Part shown: piece after piece, positions 51,570-62,564 of the stretch
Position numbering within the stretch: position 1 is the first letter of the stretch
How the letters are laid out: each line of letters opens with the position of its first letter
NCBI GenBank assembly: GCA_001798855.1
Contig: MGQQ01000025.1
Span: 1,740-65,739 of the forward strand
Reading direction: 5' to 3'
From: Deltaproteobacteria bacterium RBG_16_49_23
GTDB taxonomy: Bacteria > Desulfobacterota > BSN033 > UBA1163
Length of the DNA stretch: 64,000 nt
Notes under the pieces: generated by a model
What the model saw: the letters and a program-made list of their open reading frames with translations, nothing else
The model's database searches: none
What the model was told of the DNA's origin: nothing
Position numbers and translations under genes: made by a program

Positions 51570-52514
51570 TCACTTTGTTTCTTTGAGGCCCATTCCTTCC
51601 GGGCACCCCTTCAGATGCCACCAGAGAAGATAGGCATAAACCGATAATCTTCTTTTCCACTTTTCCTTGGCAAAATAAGTCAGAAGGTTCGCTAAACCCA
51701 TCGAGACAAATTCAATCATCAGTTTTATAATCAGTCCAACGCACAGGAGCAACCATTGAACGTTCCCTTTATGTTTCTCAAAATATTGGTAACGGGATCG
51801 GTAGTATTCCACTTTGGCCTGTTTCTTATCCCTCTCGGCACTCTTTCCCTGGAGGTGATAAATCTTCGCCGCGGGGACATGGATGATCTTCCAGCCGGCT
51901 TTCTTCATCCGGTAACACCAGTCCGTCTCCTCAAGAAAAAGGAAGTAATCTTCATCCAGCAGCCCCGCCTGCCCGATCGCCTCCCGTCTCACCATCATAC
52001 AAGCCCCGATCACCGAATCGACTTCAATGGGCATGGAATAGATTCTCTCCTTGCCGGGAAATTGATCGGGGAAGAGCCATCGTAACAGCCTCTTATTCAG
52101 AAGTTCCGTGGCCAGAGACGGGAAATTGGCGATGGAGTTCTGTTTGGAGCCATCCGGGTTCAACAGCTGAGCTCCCGCCACACCCGCCTCCGGATGTCCA
52201 TCCATAAAAGAGAGCAAGGCTTCCATGGCTCCCTCTTTCACCCGAGTATCCGGGTTGAGGAGCAGAAGATATTTCCCCCGCGAGAGCATGATCCCTTGAT
52301 TGCTGGCTTTGGCAAACCCGAAGTTTTGTTTGTTTTGAATGAGTTTCCAGTCCTGGAATCTCTCTTTCATCGCCTCCTGGCTACCATCGATAGATCCATT
52401 ATCAACGACAATCACTTCCATTTCAATCTTCTTCCTATTTCCATAAATCGACTCTAAACATTCAAGGAGAAAGTCTTTTGTATTCCAATTGACGATGATG
52501 ATTGAAAGATCCAT
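51570..52514 (-). CDS. Glycosyltransferase family 2
   Basis: LSIIIVNWNTKDFLLECLESI..VVDNGSIDGS. Confidence 0.85.
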   Translation of the reverse strand: MDLSIIIVNWNTKDFLLECLESIYGNRKKIEMEVIVVDNGSIDGSQEAMKERFQDWKLIQNKQNFGFAKASNQGIMLSRGKYLLLLNPDTRVKEGAMEALLSFMDGHPEAGVAGAQLLNPDGSKQNSIANFPSLATELLNKRLLRWLFPDQFPGKERIYSMPIEVDSVIGACMMVRREAIGQAGLLDEDYFLFLEETDWCYRMKKAGWKIIHVPAAKIYHLQGKSAERDKKQAKVEYYRSRYQYFEKHKGNVQWLLLCVGLIIKLMIEFVSMGLANLLTYFAKEKWKRRLSVYAYLLWWHLKGCPEGMGLKETK

Positions 52515-52582
52515 AAATGACTCGAATGATACAGAAGGGTACGGATTGTATCCGCTCTGTCCGTTGCAAAGGGTCAGGGGGG

Positions 52583-54211
52583 CTACCTGTTCTCAATCAC
52601 CACCCCCTGAGGTGAAAGGTACACGAAACCTCTCTTGGTACTTTCCTTGATTAAACGCCTCAGGAAAACCTTTTGGTTTTTGATGATCGCCATTCCCTTA
52701 AGATATTCTCGGAAGAACCTGAGTCGTCCCGTTCTTGTAATGTTTTTGGGGGTGGAAGTGTTCAGTTGAAGAAAATTTTTAAACAATTTTTTTTCATCAA
52801 CCTTTCCATCCAACAAGACATCCTCGAGGTCGAGAAGCCTAAAATTCCAACCCTCCTCATTTTCTGAAACCAGGATATTGCAAGTCTTCATATCCTGATG
52901 ATAGATGCCCATGGTATGAAAATGAGAAAGCCATTGGGCAAAGGTTTTGATAAAAAGCCTCTTCTCTGTAAAATCTTTAAAACCGTTAAATAGATATCTG
53001 TCCAGTTCTTGATCAACTTCTGAGGCTTCCATCAAGAAAAAGCTCTCTTTTAACCCTAACCACCCTCCCCTCTCCATAAGACCCATGGGTTTAAGATAGG
53101 GGATTCCTCTGACGATGAGAGCATTTCCTGCCACCCACGACCTGAGCCCTTTCGACCGTCGAAAATGTTCTTTAAAGGAATCCATCCAGCGAGGGTAACG
53201 GAACTGCTTTACACATATTCTATTTCCCCCGTCATTCAAAATGGAAACGAGGACCTTTGTATCCTGCTTCACCAATTCGGATGGCTTCTCCTGGACAAGC
53301 TGGAGATGGGCCTCAACGATTTTTGTGAATCGATCAAGAGGAAAATCTCTTCGATGGTAATAGCGGATTTCCTTCTCCTTCAGAGTTGAAAATTCCGTGC
53401 TATTCTTCAAACAACGTTTCGTTCTGCTTCGCCACTGTCTTTTTTGAAGACGATCCATCTCAGAATGGATGGTTTGCAGAAATCTCTCTCTTTTTTGTGG
53501 AGGGATCGGATCTCCTGAAAAATATCCTTCAAGAAACCTCGACTGTTCTCTTTCTCCCCAAGCGGACCTTAATGAATGAAACAGATGGGAGAGATTGTTT
53601 AATCTTTGATCGACCGAGAGGGAGGTGAGAAACCGGGCCCGGTGCAGGTCGGTGAGATAGAAGGATTCCCCATCCCATAAGAAGTTCCCTGCATGGAGGT
53701 CTCTATGATCAAGTCCCGAATCATGCATCCTTTTAACGATTTTCACCAATTCGGCAAAAGTCCGATCCTCGTTCAATCGGTCAGGCTTTTCAATCAAAGG
53801 AGTCCCCGATCCAACAGCCGCTGAAAGATAATAACTTTCACTCACCAGACCCCGATGGATGCGCTCCATCCAACCCAGGGGCCTTGGGATATTGAGATGT
53901 CGTTTCTCTGACTGATAGGCAACAAACCATTCTTTTCTGCCTTTGGAGGGGAAAATAGTATATTTTAAATATTCCAACCATCCTTTTGTCCTGTCCCTCT
54001 TAAAAAAAAACCTCTTTCCATTGGATAAAGTGAAAATCGCTGCCCATCGCAGTCTCGATTCCTTCAACACTTCTCCGTTCATGTCTCGAACGGAAGAGAT
54101 CGGATCTTCAAAAAAAAGAGGAGGAAGGAGGCGGAATATCTCTTCCTTCATCCATCCTCTCATCATACCTTGAATTATTTTTATGTAAGGCGATCTTTTC
54201 GGTTCAGCCAT
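52583..54211 (-). CDS. Tandem lipopolysaccharide-kinase (Kdo/WaaP/InaA family) didomain protein
   Basis: Two kinase-like modules: HRDLHAGNFLW..LTDLH and YHQDMKTCNILV..LLDLEDV. Confidence 0.7.
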   Translation of the reverse strand: MAEPKRSPYIKIIQGMMRGWMKEEIFRLLPPLFFEDPISSVRDMNGEVLKESRLRWAAIFTLSNGKRFFFKRDRTKGWLEYLKYTIFPSKGRKEWFVAYQSEKRHLNIPRPLGWMERIHRGLVSESYYLSAAVGSGTPLIEKPDRLNEDRTFAELVKIVKRMHDSGLDHRDLHAGNFLWDGESFYLTDLHRARFLTSLSVDQRLNNLSHLFHSLRSAWGEREQSRFLEGYFSGDPIPPQKRERFLQTIHSEMDRLQKRQWRSRTKRCLKNSTEFSTLKEKEIRYYHRRDFPLDRFTKIVEAHLQLVQEKPSELVKQDTKVLVSILNDGGNRICVKQFRYPRWMDSFKEHFRRSKGLRSWVAGNALIVRGIPYLKPMGLMERGGWLGLKESFFLMEASEVDQELDRYLFNGFKDFTEKRLFIKTFAQWLSHFHTMGIYHQDMKTCNILVSENEEGWNFRLLDLEDVLLDGKVDEKKLFKNFLQLNTSTPKNITRTGRLRFFREYLKGMAIIKNQKVFLRRLIKESTKRGFVYLSPQGVVIENR

Positions 54212-54270
54212 TTTTAAACGATCTATCCGGGAACAGGAGTTATACGTAACGGATTACCGTCACAAAGGGT

Positions 54271-55269
54271 TTACTTTTTCTCTACGATTTCCTTGAGAAC
54301 TGAAAAAAGACGCGGGGCATTGACATCAAGGGAATAATTCTTTTCCACAATCTCTCTGCCCTTCAGTCCCATTTCCTTTCTCATTTCCCTTTCATTAATC
54401 AATTCCAAAAGACGATCGTTCCATTGTTCTTCATTCTGGGCCCAAAATCCATTCACTCCATCTTTTACGATTTCTTTGTTGATTCCAACCGGAGTACAGA
54501 CGGCTGGGACACCCACGCTGTTGTATTGAAGAAGTTTCAAACCACATTTTCCTTTTGACCAGACATTATCGGCAAGGGGCATCACGCCTATGTCAAAACT
54601 TTTAAGATCTTCCACCTCTTCTGCCAAGGACCAGTGTTTCTTAATGATGGGCACACGTTCAGCGTCGATAAATTCGCTGCAAACTATTTTTACTTGGAAG
54701 TTGGTTTGTTGATTGAATATTTTTTCAAATATTGGAATTAAATTTTCTAAAAACCTTAAACTGCTCCTGCTGCCAAGCCAACCGATGGTAATCGGCTCTG
54801 AGTGATAAAAATTATTTTTCAAGGTATATTGAGACAGGTCGATCGAGGTCGGAATGATGACGACATTTGAGTTATACGTAAGAACCTTTGATTTTAAAAA
54901 CTGATTCCCGGCGATTACCCCGTCCATCCGTTTCATCATGAAGGCAAACTTGATCCTTCTCGAAAAAGAGTAAGGGTCTTTGGACCGAGGGCTCCGGTAC
55001 ATGATCGAATCATCAAAATCGTAGATTATTTTTTTGGCCTTTCGCCGAATATAAACGAATTCTATCGGCGAAAAAAGTTTCCTTTGGATAAAAACGATAT
55101 CATACTCCCCCAGAGTATTGTAAAAACTCAATTTATCCGGATAGTTGTGTTTAAATGAATGAGTTGAAACATCCAGGCCCAGCCCTTTTAGATAAGGGAA
55201 AAACTGAAGTACGCGATATCGACAACTGGGGGCTTCTGGACTATGAATCAAAAAGGCTACTCTCACCAT
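54271..55269 (-). CDS. Glycosyltransferase family 4
   Basis: C-terminal GT-B donor motif GVPAVCTPVGINKEIVKDGVNGF. Confidence 0.75.
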   Translation of the reverse strand: MVRVAFLIHSPEAPSCRYRVLQFFPYLKGLGLDVSTHSFKHNYPDKLSFYNTLGEYDIVFIQRKLFSPIEFVYIRRKAKKIIYDFDDSIMYRSPRSKDPYSFSRRIKFAFMMKRMDGVIAGNQFLKSKVLTYNSNVVIIPTSIDLSQYTLKNNFYHSEPITIGWLGSRSSLRFLENLIPIFEKIFNQQTNFQVKIVCSEFIDAERVPIIKKHWSLAEEVEDLKSFDIGVMPLADNVWSKGKCGLKLLQYNSVGVPAVCTPVGINKEIVKDGVNGFWAQNEEQWNDRLLELINEREMRKEMGLKGREIVEKNYSLDVNAPRLFSVLKEIVEKK

Positions 55270-55285
55270 TCTTCCTATGCCCCCA

Positions 55286-55960
55286 CTAAACCTTTCGGGC
55301 CATCAAGAGGATAGAGTTTGTAAAATCGAGTGTAAAAAAACGGAAAAAGGGTGTAAAAAAATAAACCTTCATAACGTATTTTAGAAAGGGAGCATTGAAC
55401 AGCCGATAGAGTTCAATCGAGTTGAATCGGTTGCTCAAGAAAAGCGCCCCCAGTTCTTCATAGTGGTAGGGTGTACGGTGGCTTAAATCTTTCCAATAGC
55501 GGCCGGGGGTATAAATATTAGGGGTGGTTAGAATCACTCTCCCTCCGGGTTTCAAGATTTCAAATATTTTCCCCACCATCTTCCTCCCTTCCGCCCAATC
55601 CAGATGTTCGATAACGTCAAACAGGAGGACCATGTCAAATCTCTCCTTGATTTCTTCAAATGAGTAGTAGTCATGTTGATAAAAAGGATCGATATCTAAG
55701 CTTTTATAGAGGACCTGGGGATAATGCTTCTTAATTCGACCTCCTAATTCACGATGATAAGCCCCGACATCGAGGACCGTTTCACCATCTTTTAAATATT
55801 TTAGAATGAATGGGAGACGTTTTCTCACGATTCTCAAGTCCCAAACTTCAGGGTATTGTCGATGTATTCTGTGACGCCAATGAAACTGTTCGCTCCAAGG
55901 TACTGGATTCACACCTCCAGTTCCCTCCTCTCTCTTTTCAACTAATCCCTTGTTGTGCAT
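55286..55960 (-). CDS. Class I SAM-dependent methyltransferase
   Basis: VLDVGAYHRELGG..LLFDVIEHL. Confidence 0.65.
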   Translation of the reverse strand: MHNKGLVEKREEGTGGVNPVPWSEQFHWRHRIHRQYPEVWDLRIVRKRLPFILKYLKDGETVLDVGAYHRELGGRIKKHYPQVLYKSLDIDPFYQHDYYSFEEIKERFDMVLLFDVIEHLDWAEGRKMVGKIFEILKPGGRVILTTPNIYTPGRYWKDLSHRTPYHYEELGALFLSNRFNSIELYRLFNAPFLKYVMKVYFFTPFFRFFTLDFTNSILLMARKV

Positions 55961-56272
55961 CTATGGCAATACTCCTTGTTTGATCTGCATGACTAAAAGC
56001 AACGTTCACAACGGCAATCGACTCGAACCCTCTCCACGCTCCAAGGGATGACTTTCCTCCTAAATGGCCGATAAACATCCTAAAATAATATAGACTATAT
56101 CCTTCTCCATATCAAGCATATGGCCGGATTCTCCTTGTGCCCTCCCTCCCGAATTTTCGTTGACAATCTCGTCTTCATTTGATTACACTTTCTACTGACC
56201 GTAAGGTTATTTTGAAAAGCACTTCATAATCATATATAATTTTTAATCATCTTTGAGGGTCAGGATCGCGGA

Positions 56273-57016
56273 ATGGCAAAGCTCGATAAAATACTTAAGA
56301 AATGGAGACGCCATTTCTTAAGGACATTTGGATATAAATTGATTAAAATTGATAAGTTGGATGTGAATTTCGAGTCCATTTTATACCACGGTTTAAGAAA
56401 ATCTGGAGATTTCTTCTTTGTACAGATAGGCGCGAATGACGGTGAGGATCACATCTATGAATTTGTATCCAAGAATCATGATAAAGTGAGTGGAATGGTG
56501 ATTGAGCCATTGAAAGATATTTTTGATGAACTGGCCTACAAATACAGAAAATTTTCCAAGATCACACCAGTGAATGTCGCCATTCACAACTCAGAAAGCG
56601 AAATGATACTTTACAGGATCGCTCCCCAAAAACTAAAGACCCTGCCCAGATGGCTTAAGGGGATTTCATCTTTCAATGAGAACCACCACAGACTGACGAA
56701 CACACCCTCGAACTGGATCATACCCGTAAAAGTCCCTTGCGTTTCATTACATGAGTTATTCAACAGGTATCAGATTAAGAAGGTGGATCTGTTGCAGATC
56801 GATACAGAGGGATATGATGCTCAAATTATTCTGAATCTTGATTTCAACGCCATCAAACCTACGGTTATTCGGTTTGAGCATGGAGTTCCAGCTAACATCA
56901 TGAGCAAAGAGGCTCTGCAACAACTACTTGATTTTTTACATAAGCATGGATACGAAGTCTTAGTCGAACCCAACGATGCAACGGCCTATCAGCTCGACCT
57001 GATGATTGCCTCCTGA
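56273..57016 (+). CDS. FkbM-family methyltransferase
   Basis: FVQIGANDGEDH..LLQIDTEGYD; only plus-strand gene in locus. Confidence 0.75.
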   Translation: MAKLDKILKKWRRHFLRTFGYKLIKIDKLDVNFESILYHGLRKSGDFFFVQIGANDGEDHIYEFVSKNHDKVSGMVIEPLKDIFDELAYKYRKFSKITPVNVAIHNSESEMILYRIAPQKLKTLPRWLKGISSFNENHHRLTNTPSNWIIPVKVPCVSLHELFNRYQIKKVDLLQIDTEGYDAQIILNLDFNAIKPTVIRFEHGVPANIMSKEALQQLLDFLHKHGYEVLVEPNDATAYQLDLMIAS

Positions 57017-57103
57017 CCATGAACTACACCTGAAACACATTCCCCTAACCCAGCGGGAGAAAACTTCACTCGATTGACCACTGTCCACCCGGCGAACTCA
57101 GAA

Positions 57104-58243
57104 TCAAAAAGCACATTCAAAAAAATCCGAGAGATGTCTGGCTGTGGTTTCGATCGTATAATGCCGGGCTACCAGTAGCCCTCTTCTGATGCATTGTTCT
57201 CGGAATTCTTTATGATTCATCAATACGAGAAGGCCCTCAGCGATCCGGTCGGGTCTACCGGTGGGAACAAAATAAGCAAAGTCCCTTTTCTCATCAAAGT
57301 TTTGATAACTCGATATTTCAGTCAGTATGGAAGGCACACCAGAGGCAAGCGCCTCCATCGCTGGCAGACCGAATCCTTCAAGCTCAAGGGATGAAGAAAT
57401 GAAGATATCGACGTTTCGATAAAGGATTGCCATCTCTTTTTCCGACAATCCTTCATAATATTTATCCACAATCTTACCCTCCAACTCTTTCTCGGAAGGA
57501 GGCGTCGGGGAGACTCTGATCAATTCTACTGGAGCACCTTTTTTTTTCAGCAGATCTACGGCATTTAATGTATCCTGGATGCCCTTGAAACCGACATGAG
57601 CTGACCCCACCGAAATAATTTTTATTTTTCCATCCTTTCCCCATACTCTTTTTTCATCAGGATAAAAATTTTTAGGATCTATCCCATTCTGTATTAAATG
57701 GCATTTTTGCCTGTATTTCTTTTCTATCAATTCTACGAGGTGGCGTGATACGGCAGCTTTAATGGTTGGGAGGGAATAGATCAACTCCACTCTCCTGACC
57801 CTCCTTTTAGATTTTGTGTTATCGATCATTTGCCTGATGATGGAAAAAAGACTCCTCTTTGAATACTTCTCCGGCAGAAATTCTTTCTTAACCCTCCCCA
57901 TATACTTGATCGGTTCATAGCCCTGGCACAGGTGAACTACTTTACTTCTCAGGTTTCGAACAAGGTGCATCACGTCATTGTAATACGTCCCAACATACAC
58001 ATCACACATTGGAACATCATCCAATGTGTCTTTCTTTGAGATCACCCATGCTTCTGGTAGGTACTCTTCGGGGATGTTCTCTTTCTGCTTAATGCTTCGT
58101 GATATGAGAATCGCATGGTATCCCATTTCTTTTAAGATCTTCACATGTTGCGAAATAACCTTGATCCCGCCTGAAATATCAATCTGGTTAATAAAATATC
58201 CTATTTTCATCCGAAACATCTTCTCCTGAACAGGCCTTGTCAC
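57104..58243 (-). CDS. Glycosyltransferase family 4
   Basis: GT-B fold; EGFGLPAMEALASGVPSI. Confidence 0.75.
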   Translation of the reverse strand: MTRPVQEKMFRMKIGYFINQIDISGGIKVISQHVKILKEMGYHAILISRSIKQKENIPEEYLPEAWVISKKDTLDDVPMCDVYVGTYYNDVMHLVRNLRSKVVHLCQGYEPIKYMGRVKKEFLPEKYSKRSLFSIIRQMIDNTKSKRRVRRVELIYSLPTIKAAVSRHLVELIEKKYRQKCHLIQNGIDPKNFYPDEKRVWGKDGKIKIISVGSAHVGFKGIQDTLNAVDLLKKKGAPVELIRVSPTPPSEKELEGKIVDKYYEGLSEKEMAILYRNVDIFISSSLELEGFGLPAMEALASGVPSILTEISSYQNFDEKRDFAYFVPTGRPDRIAEGLLVLMNHKEFREQCIRRGLLVARHYTIETTARHLSDFFECAF

Positions 58244-59418
58244 TTCTGGGGTGGAGAAGCCTTGATCATATCTTTAAAAACTTGGGCTATCGCACTAAAA
58301 TTGACCTTGTCCGAATGCATTTCTGCTTTCATCCTTCCCAGGTATGAAGCTTGGCGTCTGATCTCTTCATTAAAAAAATATCTGATCCCCGCTTTCAATT
58401 CCCCCGGATCTTCTAAGCTGTTTATGACAAAACCATCTTCCCCGGGGTTTAAAACCTCGCTTGCCCCAGTAGAAGCGGTTGTAATTACGGGTAAGCCGCT
58501 GGCGAGGGCCTCCAGGACCGTGAGTGAAAATGCATCATAAAACGCGGGGTGGATGAAAAGGTCTGCTGCCCCATAATATTTCTCCGGTTCGTTCGTAGAA
58601 CCTACAAAAATCGTCTCTTCAGAGATATCCATTTTCTTTCCCAGACGGAGATAGGGGGCCTTTCGATCCTTTCCTAAAACAAGAAGCTTAAAGGGAGGGA
58701 CGCCTTCTTTTTTAAGGTCGGCCAGTGTCCTCATTAGAAAGACTAAGCCCTTCATCCTGAAATTATTCGAGACAAAGAGCATGACGAAATCATTGCCAAT
58801 GCGATGTTTTTCCCTGATCTCCTCCCGGTATTGGCGATTCCCGGGATGGAAGCGCTCGATATCGACTCCATTGTGTACCACGGTGACCCGGTCCGTGGGG
58901 ACTCTATATCTCTTGATGATATCCTGTTTGACCATATTGGAGATGGCGATGATCCTTGAATAACTTCTTCTTTTATAAGGCCTATCCTCAATCCAGCCGC
59001 TCACCCATTGCTTGAGGCTCAAAATCCTCCCTAAAAGTTTGATTGCACGGACAACGGGATGGTCATAGGCCCGGAGGCTTCTCCAAAACCATGCCCAATG
59101 AACCCCTCCATGGGGTTGAAGGACGTCCGCCTCCAACGTATTTCCCACTCCAAGGGTGACATCATAGTGCCCCTTTTTTATTTCCTGGGTGGCCCGTATT
59201 GCAAAAGAGAGGAGACGCAGGCTCTTGGGAAAAGAGACGGTTTTTACCCGATGGAGATGAATCCCCTGGACCTCTTTCTCCCAATGTTCAGCATAGACAT
59301 GGACTTCGTGGCCTTCCATTGCCATCCGGGAGCAGAGGTCCACAACATATCTCTCCGCCCCTCCCTTTCTTCTGGAAAAGTCAAGGATGGCTGTGGCAAA
59401 CCTCATTATTTTTTCCAC
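58240..59418 (-). CDS. Glycosyltransferase family 4
   Basis: FSLTVLEALASGLPVITTASTGASEV. Confidence 0.75.
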   Translation of the reverse strand: MEKIMRFATAILDFSRRKGGAERYVVDLCSRMAMEGHEVHVYAEHWEKEVQGIHLHRVKTVSFPKSLRLLSFAIRATQEIKKGHYDVTLGVGNTLEADVLQPHGGVHWAWFWRSLRAYDHPVVRAIKLLGRILSLKQWVSGWIEDRPYKRRSYSRIIAISNMVKQDIIKRYRVPTDRVTVVHNGVDIERFHPGNRQYREEIREKHRIGNDFVMLFVSNNFRMKGLVFLMRTLADLKKEGVPPFKLLVLGKDRKAPYLRLGKKMDISEETIFVGSTNEPEKYYGAADLFIHPAFYDAFSLTVLEALASGLPVITTASTGASEVLNPGEDGFVINSLEDPGELKAGIRYFFNEEIRRQASYLGRMKAEMHSDKVNFSAIAQVFKDMIKASPPQK

Positions 59419-60572
59419 CTGCCGAGCCGGATCATGGTCTCATAAAATTTCTCGACCTCTTCCGCTTGGCGGTCCAGTCGAAATTCTTTGTGGGCCTTCT
59501 GATAAGCGGCTTCTCCCATCGTTCTTCTTAACTCAGGATCCCGGAGGAGTTGAAGGGTGGCCGTTGCCAAGGCTTCAGCCGAATCTTCGACGACGAAACC
59601 CGAGACGCCATGTTCTGTCAGTTCGGGCAGGATTCCTCGATCAGCCACCAGCGTTGGTTTTCCCATGGCCATGGCCTCTCTTAACGCTCTCGCTGTTCCA
59701 TCGGAACCCGCCATTAGAAAGACAAAGATATCCATACAGGCCAGCGTATCGATATAGTGATCCGTCTGATACCCTCCAAGGACGACCCATGGCTCAAGGC
59801 CGAGCCTCTTCATCGGCTCAACAACGCTTTCATTCATCTGGCTCGAACGGCCCACCAGGAGCACCTTGATCTTCGGATATTCTTGAACGATGCTCTTGAC
59901 CGCCTCTAAAAAAACGTCTGTCCTCCGGTACTTCTGAAACCGCGCCACCATGCCGATGACCACTTCATCGCGGGCAATCCCGAAAACAGCCCTCATGTCT
60001 TTATAGGTTCCGCTGGAGTCGTATCGTTCCAGATCCAGTGCCGGAAGGACTTTCCCTACCCTTTCAGGCGGAAGCCCGAAATGTTCGGCATTCTCTCTTC
60101 TCGCCCTCTCAGAGAAGGTGATGATTCCGTCTGTCAGTTTAGAGATTAAAAGACGGTTTCCCAGATGGGGTTTTAAAGGATCCCGTTTATGATCGGTCCG
60201 GATGACGACGACAGAAGTATTTGACCTTCTGGCGGCTATTCCCCCCAGGATATGGTCGTGAGATTGGTGGACATTCAGAATGTCGACTTCTTCCTTGCGG
60301 AGATAGTCAGTGAGGTCCAAAATATCCGAGAGAGTGTCGAGGATCGAAGAAGGGGAGTAAATTTTCAGGGGGCGATTCAAGCGAAACTGGTCGGTGGCAC
60401 GAATCTTTCTCTCATGGGCTCTCTTTTCTAAACTGTCCTCCACGGGAAAGGGGGGCTTTCGGTAGGCGAGGGTCACATCATGTCCTCGTCTTTCCAATTC
60501 TTGACAGAGGTTCACGATGGGCTCGGAGGGGCCTGTCCATTTCCAATCGCTGAAGAGTTGGAGAACCTTCAT
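59406..60572 (-). CDS. Glycosyltransferase family 4
   Basis: ARALREAMAMGKPTLVADRGILPELTEHGVSGF. Confidence 0.75.
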   Translation of the reverse strand: MKVLQLFSDWKWTGPSEPIVNLCQELERRGHDVTLAYRKPPFPVEDSLEKRAHERKIRATDQFRLNRPLKIYSPSSILDTLSDILDLTDYLRKEEVDILNVHQSHDHILGGIAARRSNTSVVVIRTDHKRDPLKPHLGNRLLISKLTDGIITFSERARRENAEHFGLPPERVGKVLPALDLERYDSSGTYKDMRAVFGIARDEVVIGMVARFQKYRRTDVFLEAVKSIVQEYPKIKVLLVGRSSQMNESVVEPMKRLGLEPWVVLGGYQTDHYIDTLACMDIFVFLMAGSDGTARALREAMAMGKPTLVADRGILPELTEHGVSGFVVEDSAEALATATLQLLRDPELRRTMGEAAYQKAHKEFRLDRQAEEVEKFYETMIRLGRWKK

Positions 60573-61351
60573 TTTGCCTTTAGGTATCGGGGATCTTTTT
60601 CGGCAACAAGAAAGATTTTTTTTCCGAAGACGAGATCTGCCGATAAAACGTGGCTAAAAATCTCCCGGTTCCTCTCCCGTTGCATGGGATTCTTCTCCCT
60701 GCGAAAGGCTCTATAGGTTGCAAGGTAGATAAAAGGGAATAGAAAGAAAAGAAGCATGGCCGAGTTGCTAAACTCATGGGTGGCGGCTTCCAGTATCCGA
60801 AAACCATTCCGGTGTAGATTAATCCTCAATTCATAATAGTTAGCGAGATGGATGTGGTCCCCGCCCAAAAACCCATCTACCTCATTGCATGGCCTTCCGG
60901 TAAAGAGGTTGTAACCGACAAGGAGGTTGGCCACTCTTGACTTTAGATTAAGGAGATTCGGCGTCGTGACCACCAGTTTGCCTCTTTCTTTAAGAATCCG
61001 GAAACACCCTCTGACAAATTGAAAAGGGGCTTCCAGATGTTCGATGCCGTTCGAGCAGAGGATAAAATCGAAGGTTTCATCCGGAAAAGGCAAGTCCATG
61101 TTGAGGTTGGCTTGGTCGCACGAAATTCCTTCCGCACAAAAAAGTTCTGGACAGATATCTACTGCAGAAACATCAAACCCTGCCTCTCTTAACTTCTTCG
61201 AAATAGCGCCTGTCCCCGCAGGAGCATCTAACAACTTTCCCTGACGTCCAAAGCGGATAAAGATCTCGACCACTTTATCATGAGGATGCTGAAAACCCAG
61301 GATTTTATCGATCCATGCCCTGTATCCCATCGATCTTAACGCCCCTTGCAA
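60569..61351 (-). CDS. Class I SAM-dependent methyltransferase
   Basis: LDAPAGTGAISKKL motif I. Confidence 0.65.
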   Translation of the reverse strand: MQGALRSMGYRAWIDKILGFQHPHDKVVEIFIRFGRQGKLLDAPAGTGAISKKLREAGFDVSAVDICPELFCAEGISCDQANLNMDLPFPDETFDFILCSNGIEHLEAPFQFVRGCFRILKERGKLVVTTPNLLNLKSRVANLLVGYNLFTGRPCNEVDGFLGGDHIHLANYYELRINLHRNGFRILEAATHEFSNSAMLLFFLFPFIYLATYRAFRREKNPMQRERNREIFSHVLSADLVFGKKIFLVAEKDPRYLKAK

Positions 61352-62463
61352 AAATTCTTAACTCGATCTCCCACTTCGTCTATTTCTCTCTGGCTCAACT
61401 CGGGGAAGAAGGGAAGAGAAAGGATTTCCCGGGCACACTTCTCCGTAACAGGAAAATCTCCTCTCCGGTATCCCAGGTCATTATAAGCTTCCTGGAGATG
61501 AATCGGGATAGGATAGTGGATGAGGGTTTCAATCCCCTTTTCTTTTAACGAGGCCTGAAGGCTATTTCTTCTTTTCGACCGGATAACGAAAAGGTGATAG
61601 ACATGGCGTACCCCATCTTTTTCAACAGGGCAGATGACTCCCGATCCCTCAAGCCTTTTCTTATAGAGGAGAGCTTTCTTTCTTCTCTGCTCATTCCACT
61701 GGTCCAGATATCGTAATTTAACCCGCAGGATCGCGGCCTGAATTTCATCCAGGCGGCTATTCCCCCCCTGAAGAATATGCCGGTATTTCTTCTTCTCTCC
61801 ATAACACCGGAGAAGCCGGAGTTTCTCATAAAGTTTATGATCATCCGTGATCACGAATCCACCATCTCCGGACCCGCCCAGGTTCTTGGTCGGATAAAAG
61901 CTGAAACAGCCCATCACGCCAAAGGAACCCGCCTTTTTCCCTCGGAATTCCGCTCCATGGGCCTGACAGGCATCCTCGATCACAAGAAGATGATAGCGCC
62001 TGGCAAGATCCATGATTCCTTCCATCTCTGCCGGATGGCCATACAGGTGAACGGGAAGGATGGCCTTGATCATTCCTCTCCTCTCTTTGGTCCTTCGTTT
62101 TTTCAATAAACCTTCCAATGCATTGAGGTCGATGTTATAGGTTTCAGGGTCGATATCCACAAACAGGGGCCTGGCTCCCGTGAAGGAGATCGCTATGGCT
62201 GAGGCCACAAATGAATTGGCGACAGTAATAACCTCATCGCCTTGCTTGATACCAGCCGCCTTCAAAGCCAGATAGAGTCCATCCGTTCCGGAATTCACTC
62301 CTACTCCATACCGAACCCCGCAATAACGGGCGAACTCCTCTTCGAACGCAGAAACCTCTTCCCCCAGAATGAAGCGCCCCTTCTCAAAGACTCGCCTCGT
62401 AGCAGAAAGGATCTCCTCTTCAATTGCTTTGTACTGTCTGGTTAAGTCGATAAAAGGAACCAT
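61336..62463 (-). CDS. DegT/DnrJ/EryC1/StrS family PLP-dependent sugar aminotransferase (WbpE-like)
   Basis: MVPFIDLTRQYKAIEEEILSA..; 375 aa. Confidence 0.85.
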   Translation of the reverse strand: MVPFIDLTRQYKAIEEEILSATRRVFEKGRFILGEEVSAFEEEFARYCGVRYGVGVNSGTDGLYLALKAAGIKQGDEVITVANSFVASAIAISFTGARPLFVDIDPETYNIDLNALEGLLKKRRTKERRGMIKAILPVHLYGHPAEMEGIMDLARRYHLLVIEDACQAHGAEFRGKKAGSFGVMGCFSFYPTKNLGGSGDGGFVITDDHKLYEKLRLLRCYGEKKKYRHILQGGNSRLDEIQAAILRVKLRYLDQWNEQRRKKALLYKKRLEGSGVICPVEKDGVRHVYHLFVIRSKRRNSLQASLKEKGIETLIHYPIPIHLQEAYNDLGYRRGDFPVTEKCAREILSLPFFPELSQREIDEVGDRVKNFCKGR

Positions 62464-62564
62464 GCCAACCTCAAATGCGGATTTCGGAATTCGGAATACG
62501 GAATAGAAAGATTTGTAATTTGTTTTTCAGATTCCGCAATCCACACTTCGCATTCCGAAATTGT

